A stretch of DNA of 64,000 nucleotides from Promethearchaeota archaeon (GTDB lineage: Archaea; Asgardarchaeota; Lokiarchaeia; Sigyniarchaeales; SOKP01): the NCBI GenBank assembly GCA_019057795.1, contig JAHLWS010000070.1, positions 138,353 to 202,352 of the forward strand, in the 5' to 3' direction. Both the position numbers and the translations under genes were made by a program. The notes under the pieces were generated by a model. That model saw only the letters and a list, made by a program, of their open reading frames with translations, was not told the origin of the DNA and made no database searches. Of this stretch, positions 52,411 to 62,444 are shown one piece after another; position 1 is the first letter of the stretch; each line of letters begins with the position of its first letter.

Positions 52411-53118
52411 TTAGTTTGATATAGTAGTACCAATAATCTCTTTTTCATTATCCCAAAATTTTTTAAATTGAATTAACTTTTTTCCTGAAATTACCATTAT
52501 TGTAATTTTACTTCTTTTTAATATTTGTAAAGAAACTGCATCAAAAATCCTATACTCTCCCGCAGCTGCTTGCTTATCTCCTGATGAATGTATAATAATA
52601 TCTCGTAATTTATTATAAGAAAGATTTTTAATCAATTTTGCATCTTTAAAGAGTTTTGGATCTTTATCAAATATACCTTCTACATCTGTGAGGATTATTA
52701 ACTTGTTTGCATTTATATATTCTGCAACTTCGATAGCTACAGAAGTTGTCGATTGACCCAGTTGTAAACCACCCATTACTACAATTTTATGAGTTAGAAT
52801 AGCAATTGATAACTCTTCAATTGATTTTGGTACTTGGGGGTAAGCAAATTCTTTCAAATTAGTAATAATTAATCGAGAATTTATACGCGAAATATCAATT
52901 CCAATCAAATCACATAAAGCCTCATTCTGAGTAAAATCTCTTATAACATCAATGTATTCCCTCGCTATTATTCCTCCTCCACAGACAACAACAATGGAAT
53001 CGTATTCTTTATTGTTTTTAACTATATTGCAAAATTCAGTAATTCTTTTAGAATTTATCGTTCTCCCTTCAGAAAATAAAAGAGACCCCCCAATCTTTAT
53101 CACAATATTCTTATTCAT
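52411..53118 (-). CDS. pyrH: UMP kinase (archaeal type)
   Basis: 'VIKIGGS', 'GGG..AREYI', 'MGG...GQST', 'TDVEG.FDKDPK', 'AGEY..FD'. Confidence 0.94.
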   Translation of the reverse strand: MNKNIVIKIGGSLLFSEGRTINSKRITEFCNIVKNNKEYDSIVVVCGGGIIAREYIDVIRDFTQNEALCDLIGIDISRINSRLIITNLKEFAYPQVPKSIEELSIAILTHKIVVMGGLQLGQSTTSVAIEVAEYINANKLIILTDVEGIFDKDPKLFKDAKLIKNLSYNKLRDIIIHSSGDKQAAAGEYRIFDAVSLQILKRSKITIMVISGKKLIQFKKFWDNEKEIIGTTISN

Positions 53119-53194
53119 AATAAAATATAATTGATTTTTATTTTTTAATAATATATATTATAATTGAATTGATAAATTTGATTATTCAAGGAAT

Positions 53195-54148
53195 ATGGCT
53201 AATACGACAAATAAAATTACAGTTAAAGTTCCACATCGTATTTCTGGCTTTTTTGAGATTGTAGATAAAAAGAATGGCAATCAAATTAACAACCCTGTAC
53301 AAATTGGTTCTCGAGGAGCCGGATTTAACGTAAGTGGGAAAGGAAGAACAGATTTATCATTTGAAAACTTAGAAAAGGGAAAAGAAAGTTGTTGTACAAT
53401 TTATATTAATGACGAAAAGTTTGATAAAAAAGCAGAAACAACATGTTTTATCTTTGATTATATTAAAAAATTGATAAAAGATCCCGTTAAAGTTAAAATC
53501 GAACATTTTTTCGATTTACCCGTTGGATGCGGATATGGCGCAAGTGGTTCAGGTGCATTAGGAACGATTTTTGGGTTGAACAAACTATTTAATCTAAACT
53601 TGGACGATTTAGAAAACGGAAAGATTGCCCATATTGCAGAAGTTGTCAAAAAAACAGGATTAGGAACCGTTTGTGGCCAATTAGGAAGAGGTCTATGTAT
53701 ATTAAAGGAACCGGGTTATCCTTGCACCTATGAGCGCTTAAAAAGTCCTAATGATCTTTTAGTGATTTGTGGTTCTTTTGGAAAGATAAAAACAAAATCA
53801 ATCTTATCAGATGCAAGTTTGAGTTCAAAAATAAAACGAGCTGGTAAGATTGCCTTAAATAAATTAATGTTAGAGCCTAATTATAGAAATTTTATTAAGG
53901 TTTCATTTCAATTTGTAGAAGAGTCAGAGATATTGAATATTTTACATTTAGATAGAATTAGGGAATTATTAAATGATTTACACAAATTAGATATCATAGG
54001 TGCCAGTATGAATCAATTAGGGCAGTCAGTTTATATTTTTTGCAAAAAAGGAAAAGAAAACAAGGTTCTTGAAGTTTTAAATACATATAAACCAGAAATA
54101 TTAATATTTAAATTAACTATTAATAACAAAAATGCAATCTCTTTTTAA
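53195..54148 (+). CDS. Pantoate kinase (GHMP family)
   Basis: 'VPHRISGFF', 'GSRGAG', 'PVGCGYGASG', 'AHIAEV...TGLGTV'. Confidence 0.92.
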   Translation: MANTTNKITVKVPHRISGFFEIVDKKNGNQINNPVQIGSRGAGFNVSGKGRTDLSFENLEKGKESCCTIYINDEKFDKKAETTCFIFDYIKKLIKDPVKVKIEHFFDLPVGCGYGASGSGALGTIFGLNKLFNLNLDDLENGKIAHIAEVVKKTGLGTVCGQLGRGLCILKEPGYPCTYERLKSPNDLLVICGSFGKIKTKSILSDASLSSKIKRAGKIALNKLMLEPNYRNFIKVSFQFVEESEILNILHLDRIRELLNDLHKLDIIGASMNQLGQSVYIFCKKGKENKVLEVLNTYKPEILIFKLTINNKNAISF

Positions 54149-54153
54149 AACAA

Positions 54154-54978
54154 TTAATTTCTATTTTTTGCAGAATTTAATGATTTTGATTTTATTGTAG
54201 CTGATTCTACTGCCCTAATCATGGTTGTTCTCAATTTAGCTGATTCAATTTCATGTATTGCAGTGATCGTCGTTCCTCCAGGAGTGGCTACCATATCTTT
54301 TAGTTCCCCGGGGTGTTTACCTGTTTCTAATAATAATTTTGCTGAACCCAAAACAGTTTGAGCAGCTAATTTTAGAGATACGGCTCTAGGTAAGCCCATT
54401 TTCACGCCACCATCAGCTAATGCTTCAATAATAATAAAAATATAAGCGGGACCGCTTCCAGATAGTCCTGTAACCGCATCTAAATGAGTTTCATCTAATT
54501 CTACTACTATACCGACAGCATTAAAAAGTTTTTTAACAAAGTCTATTTGGTAATCTTTGATGTTTTCGTTGTATGCTATTGCCGTTGCTGCAGCACCTAT
54601 AAGTGCTGGAGTGTTTGTCATAATTCTTATTAATCCTATTGGGTTATTAATAAATTTAGTAATGTGAGTAAGAGAAATTCCCGCTGCTATAGAAATAATT
54701 GTTTGTTGTTCTGTAATAATTGGCCCAATTTCACGCAAAACGGTATCTATTACTTGAGGAATAACAGCAATTAAAACATATTTGGATGAGCGCACTAAAT
54801 CCACATTGCTTTCAGCAATCTCAACATTAAATTCCTTAGAGCGTATATTTCTTTTGTCTTCATCTATATCAAAAATAATAATTTCATTTTTATTAAGAGT
54901 ATTCGTAGAAATTAATCTCTTTAATAAGGCAGAACCGATTTTTCCAATTCCGATAATTCCTAATTCTTTATTGTACAT
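54154..54978 (-). CDS. proC: Pyrroline-5-carboxylate reductase
   Basis: GIGKIG, 'SIAAG', 'TGLSGSGPAY', 'V.TPGGTT'. Confidence 0.96.
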   Translation of the reverse strand: MYNKELGIIGIGKIGSALLKRLISTNTLNKNEIIIFDIDEDKRNIRSKEFNVEIAESNVDLVRSSKYVLIAVIPQVIDTVLREIGPIITEQQTIISIAAGISLTHITKFINNPIGLIRIMTNTPALIGAAATAIAYNENIKDYQIDFVKKLFNAVGIVVELDETHLDAVTGLSGSGPAYIFIIIEALADGGVKMGLPRAVSLKLAAQTVLGSAKLLLETGKHPGELKDMVATPGGTTITAIHEIESAKLRTTMIRAVESATIKSKSLNSAKNRN

Positions 54979-55064
54979 AAATTCAGTTTATTAATGTAAC
55001 CAAAATAATGTTATTAAATAGAACGATTATTTAAAAAATTTAAAAGGAGTTTCTCAGATAATAT

Positions 55065-55588
55065 TCAATTAAATACATCACTAAGATTATTTGCTATAAA
55101 TTCAGAGGATCTAATTCCTAAATCGTTCCATAAATTAATTTCTAAAATAATTTTATCTTTCACTTTACTAATTTGATGAAACTTATTATATTGAAAAAAT
55201 TGAATCCCTTTTTTATATTTATGAGGTAATTCTACAAAAATAGAAGCAATTCCTTTTTTTTTTGAATGGTTAAGTAGTTTATTAATATTTTTTTTCCAAT
55301 ATGCTTTTTCCTGAAATTTGGATTTACATATATTAAATAGAGATTCGTTTTAGGTACAATTTTTTCTAATGAATCGACCTTGTGATTTTTTTCTTCCGCA
55401 ACTAAAATTCCCACTAAAAGTTTCTTATAATATGCCGTTAATGTAAAATATTTGCGATTTAAAAAATTGATATTAAAATCTTCAATTAGTTGTAAAAATT
55501 CTTTAGCACACAGATTCAAGTCAATTAAATCTTCTTTATTTGCTTCTTTTATACTGATATCTGAATCATCTATTTGAAATTCTCTCAT
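55065..55588 (-). pseudogene. GNAT acetyltransferase interrupted by a frameshift in an A10 run (55254..55263)
   Basis: Motif A 'YVNPNFRKKHIG' in the 5' part; one extra A continues into GIASIFVELPHKYKKGIQFFQYNKF... for 62 codons to TGA at 55065. Confidence 0.8.
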
Positions 55589-55595
55589 AAACGGC

Positions 55596-56330
55596 TTAAT
55601 TATATAATTCCGATTTTAATTCTTCAATAAGATACCCTTTAATCATTCCATGATTTCTGTCATATCCTTCACAAACCACGCTCCTAACGCCAATTAAATC
55701 GGGTGAGATCTCTTTTATTTTAGGGATTGAGTCTTTCAATAAGTTTCCAGCTAGAGCAACTTCAAGGTTTAAATCTTTTGATTTATCTCTAAATTGTTTT
55801 AATTGTTTAACATTTAAAAAATCGAACAAATTTTTTCCATCTTTGATGTATGTATCAAGCATTGCAATATCAGAACCAGATTTTTCTGCGATAGTGGGGA
55901 TGGATAAAAAATCTGGGGATGAATTCATCCGTATTCTATCGGCATAACCCGCTACAACGATTTTTATATTCATATCATAATCTTTTACAGCTTTTACAAC
56001 TTTAGTCATTAAATTAATGCCTTCTTTTTCGGTATTTGGCCCTTTAAGCCCCACTTTAATAATATCTGCCCCCGATACTGCAGCACCTAGAGCTGCTAAG
56101 GAAGCTGAACCAGGTAAATTAGGAAAATCTCCAATAGTCGCGCTCAATAATTGAGAGCTATTAGGAGGAATTAGGCTCTTCATTTTTTTTATAATCCAAG
56201 GAAAATTTGCTCCAAGAGAACCTTCGCTTGGATTTTTGCAATCGATATAATTCACATCTTTATATTTAACTATAACCTTTGCTTCCTCAATATTTTTAGG
56301 GCTTATCAACAATTTGATTCTTTTTTGCAT
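55596..56330 (-). CDS. mfnB: (5-formylfuran-3-yl)methyl phosphate synthase (methanofuran biosynthesis)
   Basis: 'LLISP', 'IDCKNPSEGSLGANFPW', 'SATIGD', 'MLDT..KDG', 'ALAG', 'GVRS'. Confidence 0.93.
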   Translation of the reverse strand: MQKRIKLLISPKNIEEAKVIVKYKDVNYIDCKNPSEGSLGANFPWIIKKMKSLIPPNSSQLLSATIGDFPNLPGSASLAALGAAVSGADIIKVGLKGPNTEKEGINLMTKVVKAVKDYDMNIKIVVAGYADRIRMNSSPDFLSIPTIAEKSGSDIAMLDTYIKDGKNLFDFLNVKQLKQFRDKSKDLNLEVALAGNLLKDSIPKIKEISPDLIGVRSVVCEGYDRNHGMIKGYLIEELKSELYN

Positions 56331-56552
56331 AATCACTCAAATTTAAATGTAATTTTGAATGGAACGATTAGAATTTACTCATCTTAATAAACAATTGAGT
56401 TTAATAATAGATCTTTTACGTTATCAAGCTAAAATATTTTTTTATTTTTTTTTTAGATATTTGTAATTAAATTAAAACAAATAAAGAACAAATGATATAA
56501 AAATTTAAATTAAATAATTATTATTAAATATCAAAAAAATTATGAATTTATT

Positions 56553-57083
56553 ATGTCCCCAAAAGAAATCACAAAAGTAGATATAACAAACGAAGTATTT
56601 AGAGAGCCATTTGAAGTTATTAAACAAATATCATTAAATTTAGGTTGGTTAAAATATACTAAAGTTATTCAAACATTTGTAATGGAAGATCGAAGATTGA
56701 ACCTCTCTTTAGAAAATCAAGGATCCAGTTATTTTAAGGGTAAGGTTGTTTGGATTGGCAATAAAAAGGATGATAGCGAAGGAACTATCTTTTGCGTTGA
56801 TACTAAAACGGAATTAAAACAGATTAATCCTACTGCCGAAAATACTGAAAACGTTGTGCTTGATATAAAAAAGGAAATTATTAGAATATCTACTGCATCA
56901 AAAACGAAATGTACAGTTTGTGGAAAGAACATTGAAATTTTCGATGAAGTGACTGGTTGTCCAATTTGTGAAGCGAAAGCCCATAAAGGACATTTCATAG
57001 ATTGGGTTAGAATGAAACACGCTTGTCCAGTTTGTAAAAAATCTTTAAATGTATCAAGTTCTGGTGTGATTTTTATTGACTAA
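56553..57083 (+). CDS. RING-finger protein (candidate E3 ligase)
   Basis: C-terminal CxxC-x11-CxxC-x3-AHxxH-x2-W-x6-CPVC. Confidence 0.82.
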   Translation: MSPKEITKVDITNEVFREPFEVIKQISLNLGWLKYTKVIQTFVMEDRRLNLSLENQGSSYFKGKVVWIGNKKDDSEGTIFCVDTKTELKQINPTAENTENVVLDIKKEIIRISTASKTKCTVCGKNIEIFDEVTGCPICEAKAHKGHFIDWVRMKHACPVCKKSLNVSSSGVIFID

Positions 57084-57823
57084 CTTTGATTAAACTTTCT
57101 TATTTTATCAATATTAATAGTTCCATCGTGTAATGCGGTCCCTATTAGAACTCCTGAGAAATTATGCTGATTATATAATTTAATATCATCCATATCCTTA
57201 ATTCCTCCTCCAACTATTATATTGCCCTTAAATTCATCCCTTATTTCTTGATATAACTGCGGGATTCCACCTAACTTTTGTCCTACTTTATAAAGATCAA
57301 GTAGTATTATTTTCTCAACACCTAAATTTTCAATCTTCTTTATAATTTCAATTGGTTTCTGATTTTGTAATTCTTTTATATTGGTTTGAATCAATTCATT
57401 GTACATATCTATACTTACAATGGTTTTACTCTTACCATAAATTTTTAAACATTTAGATATAACTTTTAAATTTTTTATCGTCTCTAATCCTAAAATTAAT
57501 GTATCTATGTTATATTTAAAATATATTTTAACATTCTTTATAGACAAAATTCCTGGATCAATAATGATATTAACATTTGGTATGGTTAAAATTTTTTCTA
57601 ATAACTTAAAATTAGGTTCTTTTTTGATAATTGCATCTAAATCGGCAATATATATATCATTGATTTCATAATCATCTTTCAATTTTTTAACTATTTTTAT
57701 TGGATCACAATTATTTATCCAAACCGCCTTTAACGGTTTATATCTCTCTCGCACTCCTTTAATTGCATGGACTGCTTCAGAATTTAACACATCAATTACG
57801 GGTATGATCTTAAAATTACTCAT
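57080..57823 (-). CDS. HisA/HisF-related protein (H4MPT/methanofuran-linked family)
   Basis: 'IIPVID', 'VHAIKG.R..YKP', 'YIADLDAI', 'VGGGI', 'GTALH'. Confidence 0.85.
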   Translation of the reverse strand: MSNFKIIPVIDVLNSEAVHAIKGVRERYKPLKAVWINNCDPIKIVKKLKDDYEINDIYIADLDAIIKKEPNFKLLEKILTIPNVNIIIDPGILSIKNVKIYFKYNIDTLILGLETIKNLKVISKCLKIYGKSKTIVSIDMYNELIQTNIKELQNQKPIEIIKKIENLGVEKIILLDLYKVGQKLGGIPQLYQEIRDEFKGNIIVGGGIKDMDDIKLYNQHNFSGVLIGTALHDGTINIDKIRKFNQS

Positions 57824-57996
57824 CTTTTCGACTTAAAACTTTTATTTTTTCTAAGATAAAATCAACAAATTACCAATATGAAATACCCTTTTTTTTTTAA
57901 AATAGTGATTAATTAATTATTAAATAGTTTTATTTTTAAAGTATTAATTCTAAAATTATCTTTGAATAAACAAACCTTTTTAAAATAGTGAAAGAA

Positions 57997-59712
57997 ATGA
58001 AAACGGAAGCATATATTAATAAAATTATTGAGGATACGGGTCTATCTAGAAGTGATATTCAAAACTTAGTAGAAGAAAAAAAAGAAGAACTTAAGGGTTT
58101 AATCTCAGACGAAGGAGCTTTGTTTGTAATTGCTAAAGAGTTAGGAGTAGATGTGACGAGTGAAAATAAGGAACTCTTGAATGATATTGAGTTAAATATC
58201 TCAGATATTACATTAAATATGAAAAATATAGTGATAGTTGGTAGAATTAAGGATATCTATCATGTTAATAGTTTCAAAAAAAGTAGTGGAGAAATTGGAC
58301 ATGTAGGATCGTTTTTGTTGCGTGATAATACCGGCGACATTCGAATTGTTTTATGGGATGACCAAGTGAGCATTTTTAAAGACGATCGCTTTGAAAAAAA
58401 TGAAATTGTTAAAATTTTAAATGGTAATGCAAAAAAAGGAAGATTCGATGGAATAGAGATTCATGTTGGAGGATTTAGTAAAATAATTTTGGCACCAGAG
58501 GATGTTGACTATAAAAAGTATCCAAAAATTAAAGAAGAGTTTAGACAAATACAGAATATCAATGCTGATTTAGGATCTATATCAACTGAAGGAAAAGTAA
58601 TGAATAAATTCCCGATAAAGGAATTTATTAAGAAAGATGGGCAAAGCGGTAGGGTTGGTTCCTTAACATTGAGAGATTCGACAGGACAGATTAGGATAAG
58701 TTTTTGGAACGATGATATTGAAAAAATAGAAAATGTTGTAGTTGGTGATTTTATTTCACTTACCAACATAACACCTAGGAAAAGTAACTATGCACAAAAT
58801 GCAATTGATTTGCACGCTACGCCTAGGACAGTTATTACGAAAAAAGATAAAGAAATAGATCTAAAGGCAAAATTTATTGATAAGATCGAAAACCTTCAAA
58901 AAGAAAAGGGCTACATATCGTTTCAAGGAATTATAATGACTATAGATGATTTAAGAAAAATATCATTAAAAACCGGAGATGAAGTGTCTTTATTAAGTTT
59001 AAATGTAAGCGATGATACAGATACAATAAGGGTTAATGCTTGGCGAGAAAAAGCAGATGAATTATCGAAGACTTTAAAAAACGGAGATGGCATTTTATTT
59101 AAAAATGTAGAGTTAAAATTCAGTAGTTATTGGCAAAAAATCGAAGCAACAATTCAAAATGACTCTAGTATAGAAAAAATTGATTTAAACATCCCCAATC
59201 TAAAAATCTCTGAAACTCCATCAAAAGAAAAGCGTCGAACTTTTTCAAGAAATTTTACTGAAATTAATTCGATACAATCATCTGGGTTTTTTGAAATAAA
59301 GGGAATTATTTCTAGTGATTTAAAAAAAATCCATTTCTACGAAGCCTGTACTACTTGTAGAAGAAAAATTGATAATTGTAAATGCGACCAAAAAGGTAAT
59401 ACTAAACTTACAATGATTGTTAGTCATTTTGTTGAAGATGAAAGCGGTAAAATAAGGGCTACATTTATTGGAGACGCAGCAGAAAAATTAATTGGAAAGA
59501 ACGCTGACACAATTATAAAAGTTAAAGATACTCCAGATTATGAAAAATTATTAGAAAAATTCTCTGCTGAAATCGTTGGAAGAGATATTATGATTAGAGG
59601 ATCAGTAAAATTTAATGATTTTAGTGATTCCTATGAAATAGTTGCTTCAGATTTTAAGGATATCAATGTGGAAGAAGAATTAGATAATAGTATGAAGGAA
59701 ATCTTAACTTAA
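57997..59712 (+). CDS. Replication protein A large subunit-like (N-terminal helical domain, multiple OB folds, Zn finger)
   Basis: 'LISDEGAL..IA.ELG', repeated 'D.TG.IR...W' OB motifs, 'YEACTTC..K...C.C'; GTG at 57988 is an alternative start. Confidence 0.9.
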   Translation: MKTEAYINKIIEDTGLSRSDIQNLVEEKKEELKGLISDEGALFVIAKELGVDVTSENKELLNDIELNISDITLNMKNIVIVGRIKDIYHVNSFKKSSGEIGHVGSFLLRDNTGDIRIVLWDDQVSIFKDDRFEKNEIVKILNGNAKKGRFDGIEIHVGGFSKIILAPEDVDYKKYPKIKEEFRQIQNINADLGSISTEGKVMNKFPIKEFIKKDGQSGRVGSLTLRDSTGQIRISFWNDDIEKIENVVVGDFISLTNITPRKSNYAQNAIDLHATPRTVITKKDKEIDLKAKFIDKIENLQKEKGYISFQGIIMTIDDLRKISLKTGDEVSLLSLNVSDDTDTIRVNAWREKADELSKTLKNGDGILFKNVELKFSSYWQKIEATIQNDSSIEKIDLNIPNLKISETPSKEKRRTFSRNFTEINSIQSSGFFEIKGIISSDLKKIHFYEACTTCRRKIDNCKCDQKGNTKLTMIVSHFVEDESGKIRATFIGDAAEKLIGKNADTIIKVKDTPDYEKLLEKFSAEIVGRDIMIRGSVKFNDFSDSYEIVASDFKDINVEEELDNSMKEILT

Positions 59713-59801
59713 ATAAAATTTTCAAAAAAAAAGCTTTTTTATTAATTTTTGTTTCTATTTCATAAATTATCTTAAAAATTATTAGTTTTTAGATATGAAA
59801 C

Positions 59802-60737
59802 ATGAGGCATGTTGATATTGTTGGGTTAGGCGAAGTGGTTTTAGATTGGGTTGCCGAAATATCACACTTTCCAAAACCTGATGAAAAGATTGATGCATTA
59901 AGCGAGAATTATTTTTCGGGCGGTGTTACAGCTAATTATTTAGTAGCAGTAGCTAGATTGGGGGGCTTATGCGGATTTATAGGTGCTGTTGGAGATGATT
60001 CGTATGGTCATTTCTTGGTTGATGATTTCGTTAAAGAAAAGGTAGACATAACTTTTCTTGTAAAGAAACCAAATAAAAAAACGCCTGTTAATTTTATATT
60101 TATTGCTAAAGGGGAAAAGTCAATAATTCAATCTCCTCACATGCAAACAACAAAAATAGATGTTAATGATTTAAATGAATCTTTTATAGCAGAATCTAAG
60201 CTATTACATACTACAATGATTCATCAGGAAGTTACTGAAAAAGCCATTGAAATTGCTAAAAGAAATGATGTTAGAATTAGTATTGATTTAGAATCTCAAA
60301 TTGCGCAAAGAGGTTGGGAAAATTTAAAAAATCTACTTTTAAATGCTGATATTTTAATTCCAAATAAAGAAGGGGCAAAATCAATAACGAACAGCGATAG
60401 TCCTGAAAAAGCAGCTAATATTTTAGTGAAAAAAGGGATACCTATTGTAATTATTACATTAGGAAGTAAGGGGGTGTTAATAACCACAAATAACTTTCAA
60501 AAAAGGATACCTACTTACGATATTAAATATATTATTGATACTACAGGGGCAGGAGATACATTCAATGGTGCGTTTTCTCTAGCTTACTGGATTAAAGGCT
60601 GGGATTTGGAGAAAGCCTGTAAATACGCTAATGCGGCAGCTTCTTTGAAGATCCAAAAATTAGGTGCGAGATCTGGTATGCCTAAAGAAACGGAGCTACT
60701 AGATTTCTTAAAGAAGAATGATGATACTTTCTTATAA
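59802..60737 (+). CDS. PfkB/ribokinase-family carbohydrate kinase
   Basis: 'GG..AN...A.ARLG', 'PN..', 'ITLG..G', 'DTTGAGDTF'. Confidence 0.93.
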   Translation: MRHVDIVGLGEVVLDWVAEISHFPKPDEKIDALSENYFSGGVTANYLVAVARLGGLCGFIGAVGDDSYGHFLVDDFVKEKVDITFLVKKPNKKTPVNFIFIAKGEKSIIQSPHMQTTKIDVNDLNESFIAESKLLHTTMIHQEVTEKAIEIAKRNDVRISIDLESQIAQRGWENLKNLLLNADILIPNKEGAKSITNSDSPEKAANILVKKGIPIVIITLGSKGVLITTNNFQKRIPTYDIKYIIDTTGAGDTFNGAFSLAYWIKGWDLEKACKYANAAASLKIQKLGARSGMPKETELLDFLKKNDDTFL

Positions 60738-60764
60738 AGTTTATAAGTTTAATAGTAGATTGTT

Positions 60765-61202
60765 TTATGAATAAATTACACTTATATTTCTAAAATTCTC
60801 GCTACAGATTAGTACATCTAACTTTTCTAATATCATTTCTGATGTAAGTTGAGTATACTGTTGATTAAATGGCCAAATACCAATTAGAACATCTCCTAAC
60901 TTTTTTACATTACCAATTAAAAAACCTTCCTTTTTTCCATCTGATAAATATGTGTAGAGAATAACGATATAATAATTAAAATTATAATTAATAGTTACAT
61001 CTCCACTTTTTATTACTTCTCGAATGTTTTGAAAATTTATTACATTTTTACGCTTTTGAGTTAATATTTTTAGAGACGAAAAATATTGAGAAGGAATATT
61101 AATCGGTTTATCAGAGATTATGCTTTTAAAAGTTAATGAAAGCGATTTATTTTCATCTCCTTTAGTCCCCTTAAAAATTACCTTGTAAAATATCGCACTC
61201 AT
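60765..61202 (-). CDS. Hypothetical protein
   Basis: 145-aa ATG ORF, no motif recognised. Confidence 0.65.
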   Translation of the reverse strand: MSAIFYKVIFKGTKGDENKSLSLTFKSIISDKPINIPSQYFSSLKILTQKRKNVINFQNIREVIKSGDVTINYNFNYYIVILYTYLSDGKKEGFLIGNVKKLGDVLIGIWPFNQQYTQLTSEMILEKLDVLICSENFRNISVIYS

Positions 61203-61270
61203 CGAAATCTAATTTATCTCTTTTTTAATATTAAAATTAAAATAGAATAAAAAAAATGCAAATGAACTTA

Positions 61271-61618
61271 TTAATATTTTTTATATGGTTTCTTCATCAT
61301 TCCCTGTCGAATGATAATATTTTCTTCAGGGAATCCCAAGTCAATTAAAAATTTTTTCAATTTGAACTTGTGGTCGCCTTGGAGTTCGATTAAATTTCCC
61401 CTAACAGTTCCTCCAGAAGCACATTTCTTTTTGGCTTGTGTAAGGATATCCTTTAAATTAGCGTCTATATTTCCTTCGAAGGTGATAACTGTAACCACAC
61501 GCCCCCATTTCCTTCGATCGTTAGAGATAATAATTTGTTGTTCATCTGCGCTTAAACTATCGCATATACATAGGTCTTTCGGAAAACTACATACCGGACA
61601 AATGTCTTCTTCTTTAAT
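61271..61618 (-). CDS. sui1: Translation initiation factor aIF1 (SUI1); probable ATT start at 61618
   Basis: 'KKKCASGGTV', 'IELQGDH'; the frame extends upstream through the Zn knuckle IKEEDICPVCSFPKDLCICD and 'RRKWGRVVTVI'. Confidence 0.92.
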   Translation of the reverse strand: MKEEDICPVCSFPKDLCICDSLSADEQQIIISNDRRKWGRVVTVITFEGNIDANLKDILTQAKKKCASGGTVRGNLIELQGDHKFKLKKFLIDLGFPEENIIIRQGMMKKPYKKY

Positions 61619-61848
61619 ACTCCTTTTTCACAACCTTTATTATTGAAACTTATTAAAATACAGTACTAAAAAATAATAGAACTAAATCTTATAAAAACCT
61701 TTTTTTATTTTAGTTTTGTATAATTTTAAAAATGTTAAGTTTTTATAAGGAATTGATTAATTTGGTTTTTAGGTTTTATTATTAACAATATTGTAAAAAC
61801 AAATTCTTATTTATTATAATTAAAAAAAAATGATTCATGTATTAAAAA

Positions 61849-62373
61849 ATGATGAGTTCATGGATTTTTAAAGTGATCGTAGCAGGAGAGGGTGGTGTGG
61901 GAAAAACTGCTATGGTGACTAGATATTGCACAGGAAAATTTGAAGAAGGCTATAAGATGACTATAGGTGCGGGATTCCACACAAAGTCAGAAGTCCTTGA
62001 CACAGGAGAGTCCGTAAAAATGCAATTATGGGACTTCGCAGGAGAAAAACGCTTCCGAGAGCTTTTACCAGACTATTGTAGGGGGGCTAGTGGAGCACTG
62101 ATTTGCTTTGATATAACGGATTACGACACTTTCAGAGAAATTCCAGGTTGGCTAAAAATTATTCGCAAAAAAGCAGGTTTTGTACCTATAATTCTTATGG
62201 GTATGAAGTGGGATTTATCGAACCACGAAGTTGATTTCGAAATCGCGAATGAATACGCCCAAAATGCTAAATGCAATCAATGCGTTTTCACTTCTTCAAA
62301 AGAAAATATAAATGTAAACGAATCGTTTCAAGCCATGGCAAAGTGGCTTATATTTTATGCTAATCAAGCGTAG
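61849..62373 (+). CDS. Rab-like small GTPase with divergent G3/G4
   Basis: GEGGVGKT, 'YKMTIGAGF', WDFAGE, MKWD, TSSK. Confidence 0.9.
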   Translation: MMSSWIFKVIVAGEGGVGKTAMVTRYCTGKFEEGYKMTIGAGFHTKSEVLDTGESVKMQLWDFAGEKRFRELLPDYCRGASGALICFDITDYDTFREIPGWLKIIRKKAGFVPIILMGMKWDLSNHEVDFEIANEYAQNAKCNQCVFTSSKENINVNESFQAMAKWLIFYANQA

Positions 62374-62444
62374 TTTGCCCTATTTTTAGAAAATGCCATT
62401 TTAACCGCAAGAAAGAAACATATTTAAAATTAATTAGAATTATT

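Noticed and set aside
61628-61633. TTG-TGA read as start plus selenocysteine in aIF1
   Set aside because: Sec at residue 2 of aIF1 has no precedent I know of and I saw no SECIS downstream; kept only as a remote alternative
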